Positions 38,004 to 46,875 of a stretch of 62,285 bases of DNA are shown piece by piece. The notes beneath the pieces were generated by a model, which saw nothing but the letters and a program-made list of their open reading frames with translations, was not told the origin of the DNA and searched no databases. Source of the DNA: a virus. Its lineage: Duplodnaviria; Caudoviricetes. Position numbers and translations under genes: made by a program. Positions within the stretch are counted from its first letter, which is position 1. Each line of letters begins with the position of its first letter. The DNA is taken from the IMG/VR virus record IMGVR_UViG_3300022700_000085, positions 1 through 62,285 of that record; one strand, given 5' to 3'.

Positions 38004-40579
38004 TGCCTGAAGATATCAAGCTAGTTACAGAAACTAAAAAAGGCACACTTCTAAAAGTACCTGCCACTATCGAACGTGATGCTGGTCGTATTTATTTTAC
38101 GAAATCACCTTTTGCCTTGAAAGACGAAATCAAGTCAATGAAAGGCAGCAAATACCACGGGTATATTGAGGGCGATGGCAGGAAGATTTGGTCGGTAGAT
38201 GATTGTACTCGAAATAATTTCCAGTTGGAATTTATGATGGGTGAGAACCCATATGCTAATTGGGATAAACCACTAAAGAAACATGTATACAGCCGTTCTT
38301 TATTTGATCATCAATATTTGATGTCAGATACAGTTCTTACTTATCATTATACTATTCTCGCTGCTGAAATGGGGTGTGTTTCTGGTGATGCTGTCGTGCA
38401 TTGTAATAGAGCTGGAAGAGGATTTCAGATAACACTTGAAGACCTTTATAATAAATGGATGAAGAAGAAAAATCATAAAGGAAAATTAGGTCAAAAAAGT
38501 TGGGATTCATCTATCCCTACTTATGTAAGATCAATGAAAGAAGATGAATTAGGACTTCATAGACTTGTTAATGTTATTGATAAAGGGCGCAAAAATACGA
38601 TAAAAATAATTTTAAAATCTGGGAAAGAATTAATTTGCACCCCAGATCATGAAATTTATGTTGATAAAAATACTTGTATCCCTGCTGAAGATTTGAAAAC
38701 AGGGGATTCAGTATTAACAAATGGTTCTTGGGTTGATAAAGATGGGTATGTTAGAGTAGGCGGACTCAAGGATAAACACCCTAGATGGACGACTGGCGGT
38801 GTATATGAACACATATTAATTATGGAGCAACATTTAGGGAGATATATTGAGAAAGATGAGATTGTTCATCATAAAAATGGTGTAAGGCATGATAATAGGA
38901 TTGAAAATCTTGAATTAATTTCAAATGCTTCAAAACACAGTAAACACCACGGACAAGTTAATTTTGTTAATCTACAAGATGAAAACAAAGTTTGGTTTGT
39001 TCCAAAATTTGATACTGTTAAATCAATAGAAGAAAACGGAAAGACTAGAGTTTTTGATTTAGTGATGGATGATCCATATAGAAATTTTGTTGCAAATGGT
39101 TTTGTTGTTCATAATTGTGGTAAAACATTGTCAGCAATCGAAGCTATGGAACAATCAGGAGTCTATGATTGGTGGTGGGTTGGTCCTAAGTCAGCTCTTG
39201 CTTCAGTCGAACGAGAGTTCAAAAAATGGGGGTTAAAGATTCAACCTAAAATAATGACATACGATAGATTAAGAATTGATATTGAAAGATGGGAAAAAGG
39301 CGCACCAGCACCTCAAGGGGTGATTTTTGATGAGTCATCACGTCTAAAATCATCACTTTCAAAACGAACTAAAGCCGCACAACACCTGGCAGATAGCATC
39401 AGAAATGAGTGGGGGTGGGATGGTTTTGTTGTTCTTATGAGTGGTACACCGTCACCTAAATCCCCTGTTGATTGGTTTAGTCAAGCTGAAATCTGTTATC
39501 CTGGTTTTATTCGTGAAGGAACAGTGAAAGCTTTTGAACGTCGTTTAGCTATTTTCGAGAAACAGGAAGGTTTTGGTCAAGGCCCAATTTGGACTCGTGT
39601 CACATGGAAAGATGATGAAAATAAGTGTGGTGTTTGCGGTCAATATGAAGAACACGAAAACCATCAAGATGATATTTTTGGTGGTGATACACACCAATTC
39701 AAACCTTCAAAAAATGAAGTCTCATATCTTTATGAACGTCTAAAAGGTTTAGTGCTCCCGCTTTCCAAGAAAGATTGCCTTGATATACCAGAAAAGAATT
39801 ACAGGGAGATTGTTCTTGAACCTAGCCCCACTATTAAACGTGTAGCTAAAGCCCTCGCAAATTCTGCTGAATCTACTATTCAAGGATTGACATGGTTGAG
39901 AGAACTTTCAGACGGTTTTCAATACAAAGAAACACAAAGAGGTGTTGTTACTTGCCCTGTTTGTTATGGAGAAGGAAAGTGCAAGCAATGGGATGGAGGG
40001 GAGAAAGTTCTTCAGGAGTGTGCTTGTTGTGATGGCTCTGGTGTGGCACCAAATATGGTTAGAGAAACAAAAGAAATAAAAACACCAAAAGATACAGCAG
40101 TTCGGGATTTGCTTGAAGAAAATGAAGATCAAGGGAGGATTTTGATTTTCGCTGGTTTTCAGGGTTCAATTGATCGGATTGTAAATATCTGTCACAAACA
40201 ACAATGGAATGTTGTGAAAGTTGATGGTAGAGGCTGGAAAGTTCTTCCATGTGATGACACCAAAACCAAAGTTAAACCGCTTGACTACTGGGCTGATATG
40301 GATATTAACCGTGTGGCCTTTGTTGCTCATCCTACTTCTGGTGGTATGGGATTGACTTTAACAGAAGCCAGAACGGCTGTGTTTTATTCAAACGACTTTA
40401 ATCCAGAGTCTCGTTCACAAGCAGAAGATAGGATTCATCGTCCAGGGATTGATGAAAATAGAGGGGCCACAATTATTGATTTGTTTCACCTTGGAACAGA
40501 TCGAAAAGTCCGTGACGTACTTATTGATAATCGTCGTCTAGAAACTATGACACTTGGCGAAATGAGAGAAAACATATGA
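38003..40579 (+). CDS. SNF2-like SF2 helicase with an intein in the Walker A motif
   Basis: AEMG|intein|CGKT, IFDES, MSGTP, GGMGLTLT, QAEDRIHR. Confidence 0.9.
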   Translation: MPEDIKLVTETKKGTLLKVPATIERDAGRIYFTKSPFALKDEIKSMKGSKYHGYIEGDGRKIWSVDDCTRNNFQLEFMMGENPYANWDKPLKKHVYSRSLFDHQYLMSDTVLTYHYTILAAEMGCVSGDAVVHCNRAGRGFQITLEDLYNKWMKKKNHKGKLGQKSWDSSIPTYVRSMKEDELGLHRLVNVIDKGRKNTIKIILKSGKELICTPDHEIYVDKNTCIPAEDLKTGDSVLTNGSWVDKDGYVRVGGLKDKHPRWTTGGVYEHILIMEQHLGRYIEKDEIVHHKNGVRHDNRIENLELISNASKHSKHHGQVNFVNLQDENKVWFVPKFDTVKSIEENGKTRVFDLVMDDPYRNFVANGFVVHNCGKTLSAIEAMEQSGVYDWWWVGPKSALASVEREFKKWGLKIQPKIMTYDRLRIDIERWEKGAPAPQGVIFDESSRLKSSLSKRTKAAQHLADSIRNEWGWDGFVVLMSGTPSPKSPVDWFSQAEICYPGFIREGTVKAFERRLAIFEKQEGFGQGPIWTRVTWKDDENKCGVCGQYEEHENHQDDIFGGDTHQFKPSKNEVSYLYERLKGLVLPLSKKDCLDIPEKNYREIVLEPSPTIKRVAKALANSAESTIQGLTWLRELSDGFQYKETQRGVVTCPVCYGEGKCKQWDGGEKVLQECACCDGSGVAPNMVRETKEIKTPKDTAVRDLLEENEDQGRILIFAGFQGSIDRIVNICHKQQWNVVKVDGRGWKVLPCDDTKTKVKPLDYWADMDINRVAFVAHPTSGGMGLTLTEARTAVFYSNDFNPESRSQAEDRIHRPGIDENRGATIIDLFHLGTDRKVRDVLIDNRRLETMTLGEMRENI
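38375..39115 (+). mobile_element. Intein (247 aa) carrying an HNH endonuclease
   Basis: G|CVSGD start, CTPDH block B, VFDL...NFVANGFVVHN|C end; internal YEH..IME...VHHKNG...DNRIENL HNH. Confidence 0.9.
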
Positions 40580-40923
40580 AATCAGCAGTATTAAAGATTG
40601 ACGGAGAACCAAAAGTAGTTTATAATAGTGATGAATACAAAGAACTTTTTGATTTACTTAGTGTAATGCGGGACGAGGACAATCAAGAATATAAAGTGGA
40701 AGTGTCTGTCACTGTTTGTAATGGTTTAGTTTATGATATTCATGTCAATGATGTATCTATTGGTTATTATGCTGTTATGAATATTTGCAAAACACTAGGG
40801 CACTCACTACCTGAAAGAGTTTTAATTTGTAATAAAGATGAGGTTTATCAAGCTATTGAACAAGCACAACTTGATACAGATGTTTATGTTATCTCATTAA
40901 TTGGAGGTATGTCATGCGTTTAG
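40576..40923 (+). CDS. Hypothetical protein
   Basis: ORF coupled by ATGA overlap. Confidence 0.5.
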   Translation: MKSAVLKIDGEPKVVYNSDEYKELFDLLSVMRDEDNQEYKVEVSVTVCNGLVYDIHVNDVSIGYYAVMNICKTLGHSLPERVLICNKDEVYQAIEQAQLDTDVYVISLIGGMSCV

Positions 40924-41072
40924 AAGAGGTTATGGATAATCTAGAGCTTTCACAAGACACCCACGATGTATATATTGAGGTTGCTGGTGTCATTTATGAT
41001 ATTGCTGAAGTGAAAGACGACTCTCAAGGCGTTGTTTTGGTTGCTAAAACAGATGACAAGGATATGCGATGA
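40914..41072 (+). CDS. Small acidic hypothetical protein (52 aa), not in the ORF track
   Basis: GGAGG RBS; fills the gap; TGA overlaps next ATG. Confidence 0.55.
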   Translation: MRLEEVMDNLELSQDTHDVYIEVAGVIYDIAEVKDDSQGVVLVAKTDDKDMR

Positions 41073-42193
41073 GATGTCCAATTTGTAATAATAAAGCTGA
41101 ATTACTTTTTGATGCTGGTCATCATCCGGCATCTCTTGTTGATTTATGTGATACAGCAGAAGAATCTATCAATTTAAGCGTGCATCATATGGAAATGCAT
41201 GTATGTAAGAATTGCATGCATGTATATAATAATAGCTTCAATCCACACAATATAAAATATTCTGATGGTTGCCATATGTATAATAATGGATCTAAATGGC
41301 AACAACATGTAAATAAAGTCAAAAATATCATTGAAATAGAATACAATGATGTTGATGCTATACTTGAAATTGGGGCTGGTGATTGTAGTTTCCTTAAATC
41401 TTTGTGTGTACATGCGCACATTTATGCTGTTGACCCTTCAGAAGAAGTAAAACAAGACGGCGTAAGATATAAGCAAAAGATGTTTGAACCAGAAGACATC
41501 CCAAAAGAAAAATCAATCTTAATTATCATGCGTCATTTGCTAGAGCATATGGAAGATCCAAGAGGTTTTATTGAAGAAATTTTGGAAGTCATTGAAGAAA
41601 GAGATCAAGAAGCATATTTCTTGATTGAAGTTCCTTGTTGTGAAGAAGCTATAGAATGTACTAGGATTGAAGACTGGACATACGAGCATCCACAGAACTT
41701 CACTTATAATAGTCTAAGTATCATAATGGATTTAATAGGAGAATCAGAGGTCACTTTTGAATATGGTGGTGAAGTTTTATTAGCCACTGGTGCTGTTGGA
41801 AAAAAAAGTTTTGAACGTCAAATTGATTATATAATTGATAAGTACAGGAAGATAGAGTTAGGTTTAGTAAAATCTGGTTCTTGGTTAAAGAGTAATGATG
41901 TGGTTTTCTGGGGTGGGGCTGGCAAAAGCGCTACATTTTTAAATATTTTTGGTGCTCCTGATACTGCTGTTGTTGTAGATAGCGATAAAAATAAACACGG
42001 GTTTTTTGTTCCTCGAACTCGCATTCAAATCAAAGACCCCGAGATTTTGTATTCTATGGAGCCTAAATATATCGTTGTCACAACTAGCTGGCGTGCAAAC
42101 GATATATATGAAGAAATTAAAAAGAAGCAGATCCCTTATATTGACGTGTTGAAATTTGAAGAAGGTGAATTTACAAAGGTATCAAATGGTTAA
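41069..42193 (+). CDS. NDP-sugar C-methyltransferase-like SAM-dependent enzyme
   Basis: CPIC/CKNC zinc site, ILEIGAGD, RHLLEH, IEVP, YEH, WGGAGKSATFLN, VDSD..KHG..VP. Confidence 0.8.
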   Translation: MRCPICNNKAELLFDAGHHPASLVDLCDTAEESINLSVHHMEMHVCKNCMHVYNNSFNPHNIKYSDGCHMYNNGSKWQQHVNKVKNIIEIEYNDVDAILEIGAGDCSFLKSLCVHAHIYAVDPSEEVKQDGVRYKQKMFEPEDIPKEKSILIIMRHLLEHMEDPRGFIEEILEVIEERDQEAYFLIEVPCCEEAIECTRIEDWTYEHPQNFTYNSLSIIMDLIGESEVTFEYGGEVLLATGAVGKKSFERQIDYIIDKYRKIELGLVKSGSWLKSNDVVFWGGAGKSATFLNIFGAPDTAVVVDSDKNKHGFFVPRTRIQIKDPEILYSMEPKYIVVTTSWRANDIYEEIKKKQIPYIDVLKFEEGEFTKVSNG

Positions 42194-44027
42194 TAAAAAA
42201 CAGTTGAAACAAGCCAAAAAGAAACATAAAAAAAGACAAAAAGGCACACCGCTAATAAATATGCCTGCTGATCCTAATACAAAAGTCCCCACAATTAACT
42301 ATAATACTTGGATGAAAGCTATTGTAGATCGTGATCCGCGTGTTTGGGATTCTATTGTTGATTATTTATTGTTTTTTGAAAGACACCATTATAAAGCTTT
42401 TGGTGTGCAAGCTGTTTCTTCAATGAATGATTTTGGCAACGCTGTATATGCGTCTCTCGCAGATGAAAGTTTTAAACCGAGCGTCCAGCAAGCAATGAAA
42501 TTAGTTCAAGTCGGTCATTTGTTTCAACATCTTATGGCTGTTTGTGGTCATGAAACCAACGACACAAATATTAAAAGTTTACTATTACAAAAAGGTAACC
42601 TACCTAAAATCCTGTTTTTATTGAATCCACGATGTGAATTTCAAATTGATCAAGAAAAACTATTTGATGTTGATCCTTTTCTCACATCTGTTTGGTTTAA
42701 TACTTATTTATTAAGTGTTGGAACGCCTACAAAAACAATACAACGTAATGTTTACCGTCATTTATGTTCCATGAACAATAAATGGTCACCTCCTCATCAT
42801 GCGTTAACAGGCGTTTATTTTACAAGTACTTACCATGCTCCAGACGCAGCTAGAAGAGTAAAAGGCATAATTAATAAAGGTGTAAAAGAAAAAGGAGCAC
42901 CTAAGTTTAATAATAACCCAGATCCAAATTCAATAGCTATCATTACTAATAAATGGCATCGTAATCACGCTGTATACAAGTCAGCTAGCCCTCTTGTTGA
43001 GCAGTTAATAGGGAAATACAGGTTAACATTAATTTGGACTGGCCGCGAAGATCAAATGCCTAAAACTTCTGTCACAGACTATTTTGACAAAGTTGCACAT
43101 TGTTATTTTCAAAATGGGTATTTAAATATTCCTGATGAATTGAAAAATAACGATTTTCAAATGGTTTATTTTCCAGATATCGGGATGTCTGATGAATCTA
43201 TTTGGTTGTCAAATTATCGTATAGCCCCGATCCAAGCGATGGGGTATGGCCACCCTGAAACTTCTGGTGATAATTCAGAAATTGATTATTTTATAGGTGG
43301 TGATGTAGAAAAGGACGCAGCAGATCAATACTCTGAAACAATGGTTTTTCTTCCTGGTTTAGCTCAAGAGCCTGCTTGGCCAACTGCTGAACGAAAGTAT
43401 AATTACAAGGATGATGGTATTGTTAGAATAAATTGTGTTTGGGGTCCAGACAAATATAATAGAACTTTGCTGGAAATGTTAGCAGAAATTAATCGGTGTG
43501 TTTGGGATTCTAACCCTGAATCAAAACACGAGTTTCATTTGTTTGCTAGTCCTGGTATTAACCGTTATGCCGCTGTTCCAAGTTTTAAAAATGAATTATC
43601 TAAAATTCTCCCTAATGCTAAACTTCATGCTGAACAGGAATACTATGATTATATGGAAAATGCTGAAATGCATGATTTCACTTTAAATTCATTCCCGTTC
43701 GGTTGTTATAATGTACTTATTGAAAGTCTTTATATGGGTTTACCATTTTTAACGTTAGTTGGCGATAGATTCTATAACAGGGCAGGTATGTGGTTGAATA
43801 ATCAAATTGGCATGGATGAGAACAATTTTTATTCAATGCGGGTTTTAATTAATAAAGCAGCTCAGTTGATTAATCAACCCGATCAGTTGAAACGCCAACG
43901 TAATTTCTTATCAGATATTGATTTAAAAGCAAAATTATTCACACTGAAAGGAAATAAATTTCTTGAAGCTGTTGAGTATATTATTGGGAATCACCCTTTT
44001 AATGAATCAAAGATTATCGAGGAGTAA
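42186..44027 (+). CDS. GT41 HMW1C-like protein N-glycosyltransferase
   Basis: HAVYK, VYFPDIGM, RIAPIQAMGYGHPETS, IDYF, LNSFPFG..N motifs; no TPR array. Confidence 0.8.
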   Translation: MVNKKQLKQAKKKHKKRQKGTPLINMPADPNTKVPTINYNTWMKAIVDRDPRVWDSIVDYLLFFERHHYKAFGVQAVSSMNDFGNAVYASLADESFKPSVQQAMKLVQVGHLFQHLMAVCGHETNDTNIKSLLLQKGNLPKILFLLNPRCEFQIDQEKLFDVDPFLTSVWFNTYLLSVGTPTKTIQRNVYRHLCSMNNKWSPPHHALTGVYFTSTYHAPDAARRVKGIINKGVKEKGAPKFNNNPDPNSIAIITNKWHRNHAVYKSASPLVEQLIGKYRLTLIWTGREDQMPKTSVTDYFDKVAHCYFQNGYLNIPDELKNNDFQMVYFPDIGMSDESIWLSNYRIAPIQAMGYGHPETSGDNSEIDYFIGGDVEKDAADQYSETMVFLPGLAQEPAWPTAERKYNYKDDGIVRINCVWGPDKYNRTLLEMLAEINRCVWDSNPESKHEFHLFASPGINRYAAVPSFKNELSKILPNAKLHAEQEYYDYMENAEMHDFTLNSFPFGCYNVLIESLYMGLPFLTLVGDRFYNRAGMWLNNQIGMDENNFYSMRVLINKAAQLINQPDQLKRQRNFLSDIDLKAKLFTLKGNKFLEAVEYIIGNHPFNESKIIEE

Positions 44028-44029
44028 TA

Positions 44030-45298
44030 GTGACAATATTAAATAAAGAAACCGCAGCTAAAATCAAATCAGAACTTAATAAACACCAATTGACACAGAA
44101 ACAAATAGGTAAAAAATATGGTGTGAGCAGGTCTGTAATCAGTGATATTGCTTGTGGTCGAATACATAAAAATGTAGAAGCTGATGACCATATTACTGAA
44201 GAAGAAGCACAAATTTTCAAGCTACAAGCTGAAGTAGCTAATCTTCGTGAAGAACGTAATAGAGCACGAAGACAACTCAATAGAGCAGCAAAGAATCAAG
44301 GCTTGTTTCAAGCAATAAAAGAAGAGTTAGTAGAAAATGTTGTGCCTATGACGCCGCTCCCAAAAGCACAACCAACTTTCAAACCAACAAAAGAAACGAT
44401 GCGTGAGCATCTCGTATTGCATCTTAGTGATGGTCACCACGATCAAGTGATCACGCATGAAGATACCGGTGGATTAGAGAAATATGATTTCCCTATTTCT
44501 CTGTGCCGTGCCGAACGTCTTGTTGATTCCACTTTAAAATGGACACAAGAGACTTTGAGTCCTCAATTTAGTTTTCCTTCTCTCACTGTGTTAGCTTATG
44601 GTGATCACACATCAGGGGAAATTCACGGCAACGCACAGCGAACATATTTTAGAAACATGTTCAAAAATTGTCATGCTATTGGACAATTACATGCTTTGAT
44701 GTATAGAGATTTTGCTCCTTATTTTGATCAAATCAACGTTGTATATGTTCCTGGTAATCATGGAAGGCGCTCAAACAAAAAAGATTATCACGGAGCCCAT
44801 GATAACTGGGATTATTTGATCGCAACTATTGCTCAACTTTATTGTATGGATGTTAATAATATTAATTTTGTTATTCCTAATTCTTTTTCATGTAATGTAG
44901 ATATTGATGGTGTGGGTTTCCATATTTTTCACGGTGATGATGTTAGAAGCAGTTTAGGCATTCCGTGGTATGGTCTAGAACGTCGGAGAAACAGGTTAAT
45001 GGCATTAGAGAATGTACGTTCTGGAATCCCAATACGTTATTATTGTTGCGGTCATTTTCACCGTGGTGGAAATACATATGAAGCTAATGGTGAAATGGTT
45101 ATGAATGGTGCTTGGCCAGCAACAGATGCGTATGCGTTTAATTCTCTGGGTGCTTTTACAGAACCTAGTCAATTAATTCATGGTGTGAATAAGAAATACG
45201 GTATTACTTGGAGACTACCCGTAAAACTTCGATGTTCATATGAGAACAAAGGACCGAAGCGTTATAAATTAAAGAACATGGATGACATTCAAATTTAA
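44030..45298 (+). CDS. HTH + calcineurin-like metallophosphoesterase
   Basis: N-terminal HTH; LSDGH, GD, GNHG, HGD, GHFH. Confidence 0.8.
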   Translation: MTILNKETAAKIKSELNKHQLTQKQIGKKYGVSRSVISDIACGRIHKNVEADDHITEEEAQIFKLQAEVANLREERNRARRQLNRAAKNQGLFQAIKEELVENVVPMTPLPKAQPTFKPTKETMREHLVLHLSDGHHDQVITHEDTGGLEKYDFPISLCRAERLVDSTLKWTQETLSPQFSFPSLTVLAYGDHTSGEIHGNAQRTYFRNMFKNCHAIGQLHALMYRDFAPYFDQINVVYVPGNHGRRSNKKDYHGAHDNWDYLIATIAQLYCMDVNNINFVIPNSFSCNVDIDGVGFHIFHGDDVRSSLGIPWYGLERRRNRLMALENVRSGIPIRYYCCGHFHRGGNTYEANGEMVMNGAWPATDAYAFNSLGAFTEPSQLIHGVNKKYGITWRLPVKLRCSYENKGPKRYKLKNMDDIQI

Positions 45299-45312
45299 AT
45301 TGGAGACCTGAT

Positions 45313-46047
45313 ATGGCTAATGTTATTGCAACTCTCTTAGACTCCCCTTCAACAATTAATACTGATGAGGCTGATCAAAAGGGGCCAGCTCGACACATTT
45401 ACGAAGAGCTTACTTATCTTCAAACTAGTCCTGGTGATCCTACATTGGAATCACCATATGCTAAGGCAAGCCATGTTGCTACTATTCCAGCACATACTGA
45501 TACTATCACGTCTGGTAATTTCACAGTAACTATGAATTTTCCAAACTATTCTGTGGCTGTTACTACTGCTAATATTGCTTATGATGCTGAACAAGCAGCT
45601 ATTCAAAGTGCTGTTGATACTGCTTTGTCTAGTGAGACTGTAGTAGAAAGTTATACGAATGGTGATGTAGATGTTTCTTTGACTGGTAATTTAACAGCCA
45701 ACGCTGTGACTTTAACGGCCAATGGTGATTCTGTCAACGGTGCTTACATGGTTGTTACTACAGCTAATGTGGATCTTGATGCTGATAAATTGGCTGATCC
45801 AGTGGTAGCAACTGCTGGTACAATGAATCGCCCTGCTGAAGCGACACTAGCTTTGTTTGATGTGGTGAAGCCTTCTAGTTCTGCACCTTATCAAGGTGAA
45901 AGTGTCACTGAAAGTGATTTTGAGGCTGGTGATAACCCGTTTTCACTGAGTCCAGCAACTAAGAAAGCTCTTGCTTATGAAGCGAAAGTCGCTGAAAATG
46001 CTACAATCGGGCTTGCACTTGAAGGTGTTTTAGATTATACTGATTAA
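45313..46047 (+). CDS. Acidic Thr/Ala-rich protein, probably virion-associated
   Basis: SGNFTVT...TTANIAYDA....IQSA pattern; followed by a terminator. Confidence 0.45.
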   Translation: MANVIATLLDSPSTINTDEADQKGPARHIYEELTYLQTSPGDPTLESPYAKASHVATIPAHTDTITSGNFTVTMNFPNYSVAVTTANIAYDAEQAAIQSAVDTALSSETVVESYTNGDVDVSLTGNLTANAVTLTANGDSVNGAYMVVTTANVDLDADKLADPVVATAGTMNRPAEATLALFDVVKPSSSAPYQGESVTESDFEAGDNPFSLSPATKKALAYEAKVAENATIGLALEGVLDYTD

Positions 46048-46060
46048 TGTTTATTTTTTG

Positions 46061-46092
46061 GGTGGTGACTTCGGTCACCACCACCATTTTTT
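46061..46092 (+). terminator. Rho-independent terminator
   Basis: GGTGGTGAC-TTCG-GTCACCACC then T run. Confidence 0.75.
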
Positions 46093-46094
46093 AT

Positions 46095-46123
46095 TTGACA
46101 CGTATTGATTTTTGAGGTATAAT
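46095..46123 (+). promoter_or_regulatory. Consensus sigma70-type promoter
   Basis: TTGACA-17 nt-TATAAT. Confidence 0.8.
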
Positions 46124-46130
46124 ATAGTAT

Positions 46131-46319
46131 ATGGCTAAGGTAACAGTTGAACTTGAAGACATTGAAAATGATGAAGTTAGCGTGAAATTCACTTACCAAC
46201 CAAAAATAAACCAACCTATCAATGAAAATAATTTGACTCCAGCTCAGAATATGGGTTTTATTTTTAAAGCCATCGCGATAGAAATGGAAAAACAACATGA
46301 GCAAACTCGACGAAATTAA
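46131..46319 (+). CDS. Small hypothetical protein, possibly leaderless
   Basis: ATG 7 nt after the -10 box. Confidence 0.5.
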   Translation: MAKVTVELEDIENDEVSVKFTYQPKINQPINENNLTPAQNMGFIFKAIAIEMEKQHEQTRRN

Positions 46320-46623
46320 GAATAAACGTGAAATTTGGAATTATAATGTAGCAGTACTGGAACTTTGGGAACATGCTAAAACACACCTTCCTGAAGATGT
46401 ATATAAAGAAGTAGTGGCTTTTACTTTTAGTGATAAATTGCTTGAAAAAGAACACAGAGAAAAAAATATTAAATATATGGATAGTGGTCAACAACCGCCT
46501 TATTCTGGTTTTAAATATCATAACGCTGTTCGTCTTAATTCTGGTGATATTCAAGAAATCCCTTTGATTAAACGTCCCTCTATTCCTGAATGTGTTAAAG
46601 TGAAAAGGAAAGAAATTAACTAA
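46297..46623 (+). CDS. Hypothetical protein
   Basis: 108 aa ORF in operon orientation. Confidence 0.5.
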   Translation: MSKLDEIKNKREIWNYNVAVLELWEHAKTHLPEDVYKEVVAFTFSDKLLEKEHREKNIKYMDSGQQPPYSGFKYHNAVRLNSGDIQEIPLIKRPSIPECVKVKRKEIN

Positions 46624-46875
46624 CCTATTTATGAGGTAATATAATGGCACTTAAACTTACTGCAATGGCTGCTATTTTAGTTGGTGTTCTTCTAGGTTTA
46701 TATCTAAGTGAACTTTGGGAGGGATAATGAACCCTAATTTCATTTCTATGTTTATGCTTTTTTTTAGCTTTTTCATTTTTGCATACTTATATTCTAAGGG
46801 AAATACAGATAACTAATGTGAATTTTGACATTTCATTGGTCGTTTTTATTTTTAATTGCTTTAACACGGTGTTTA

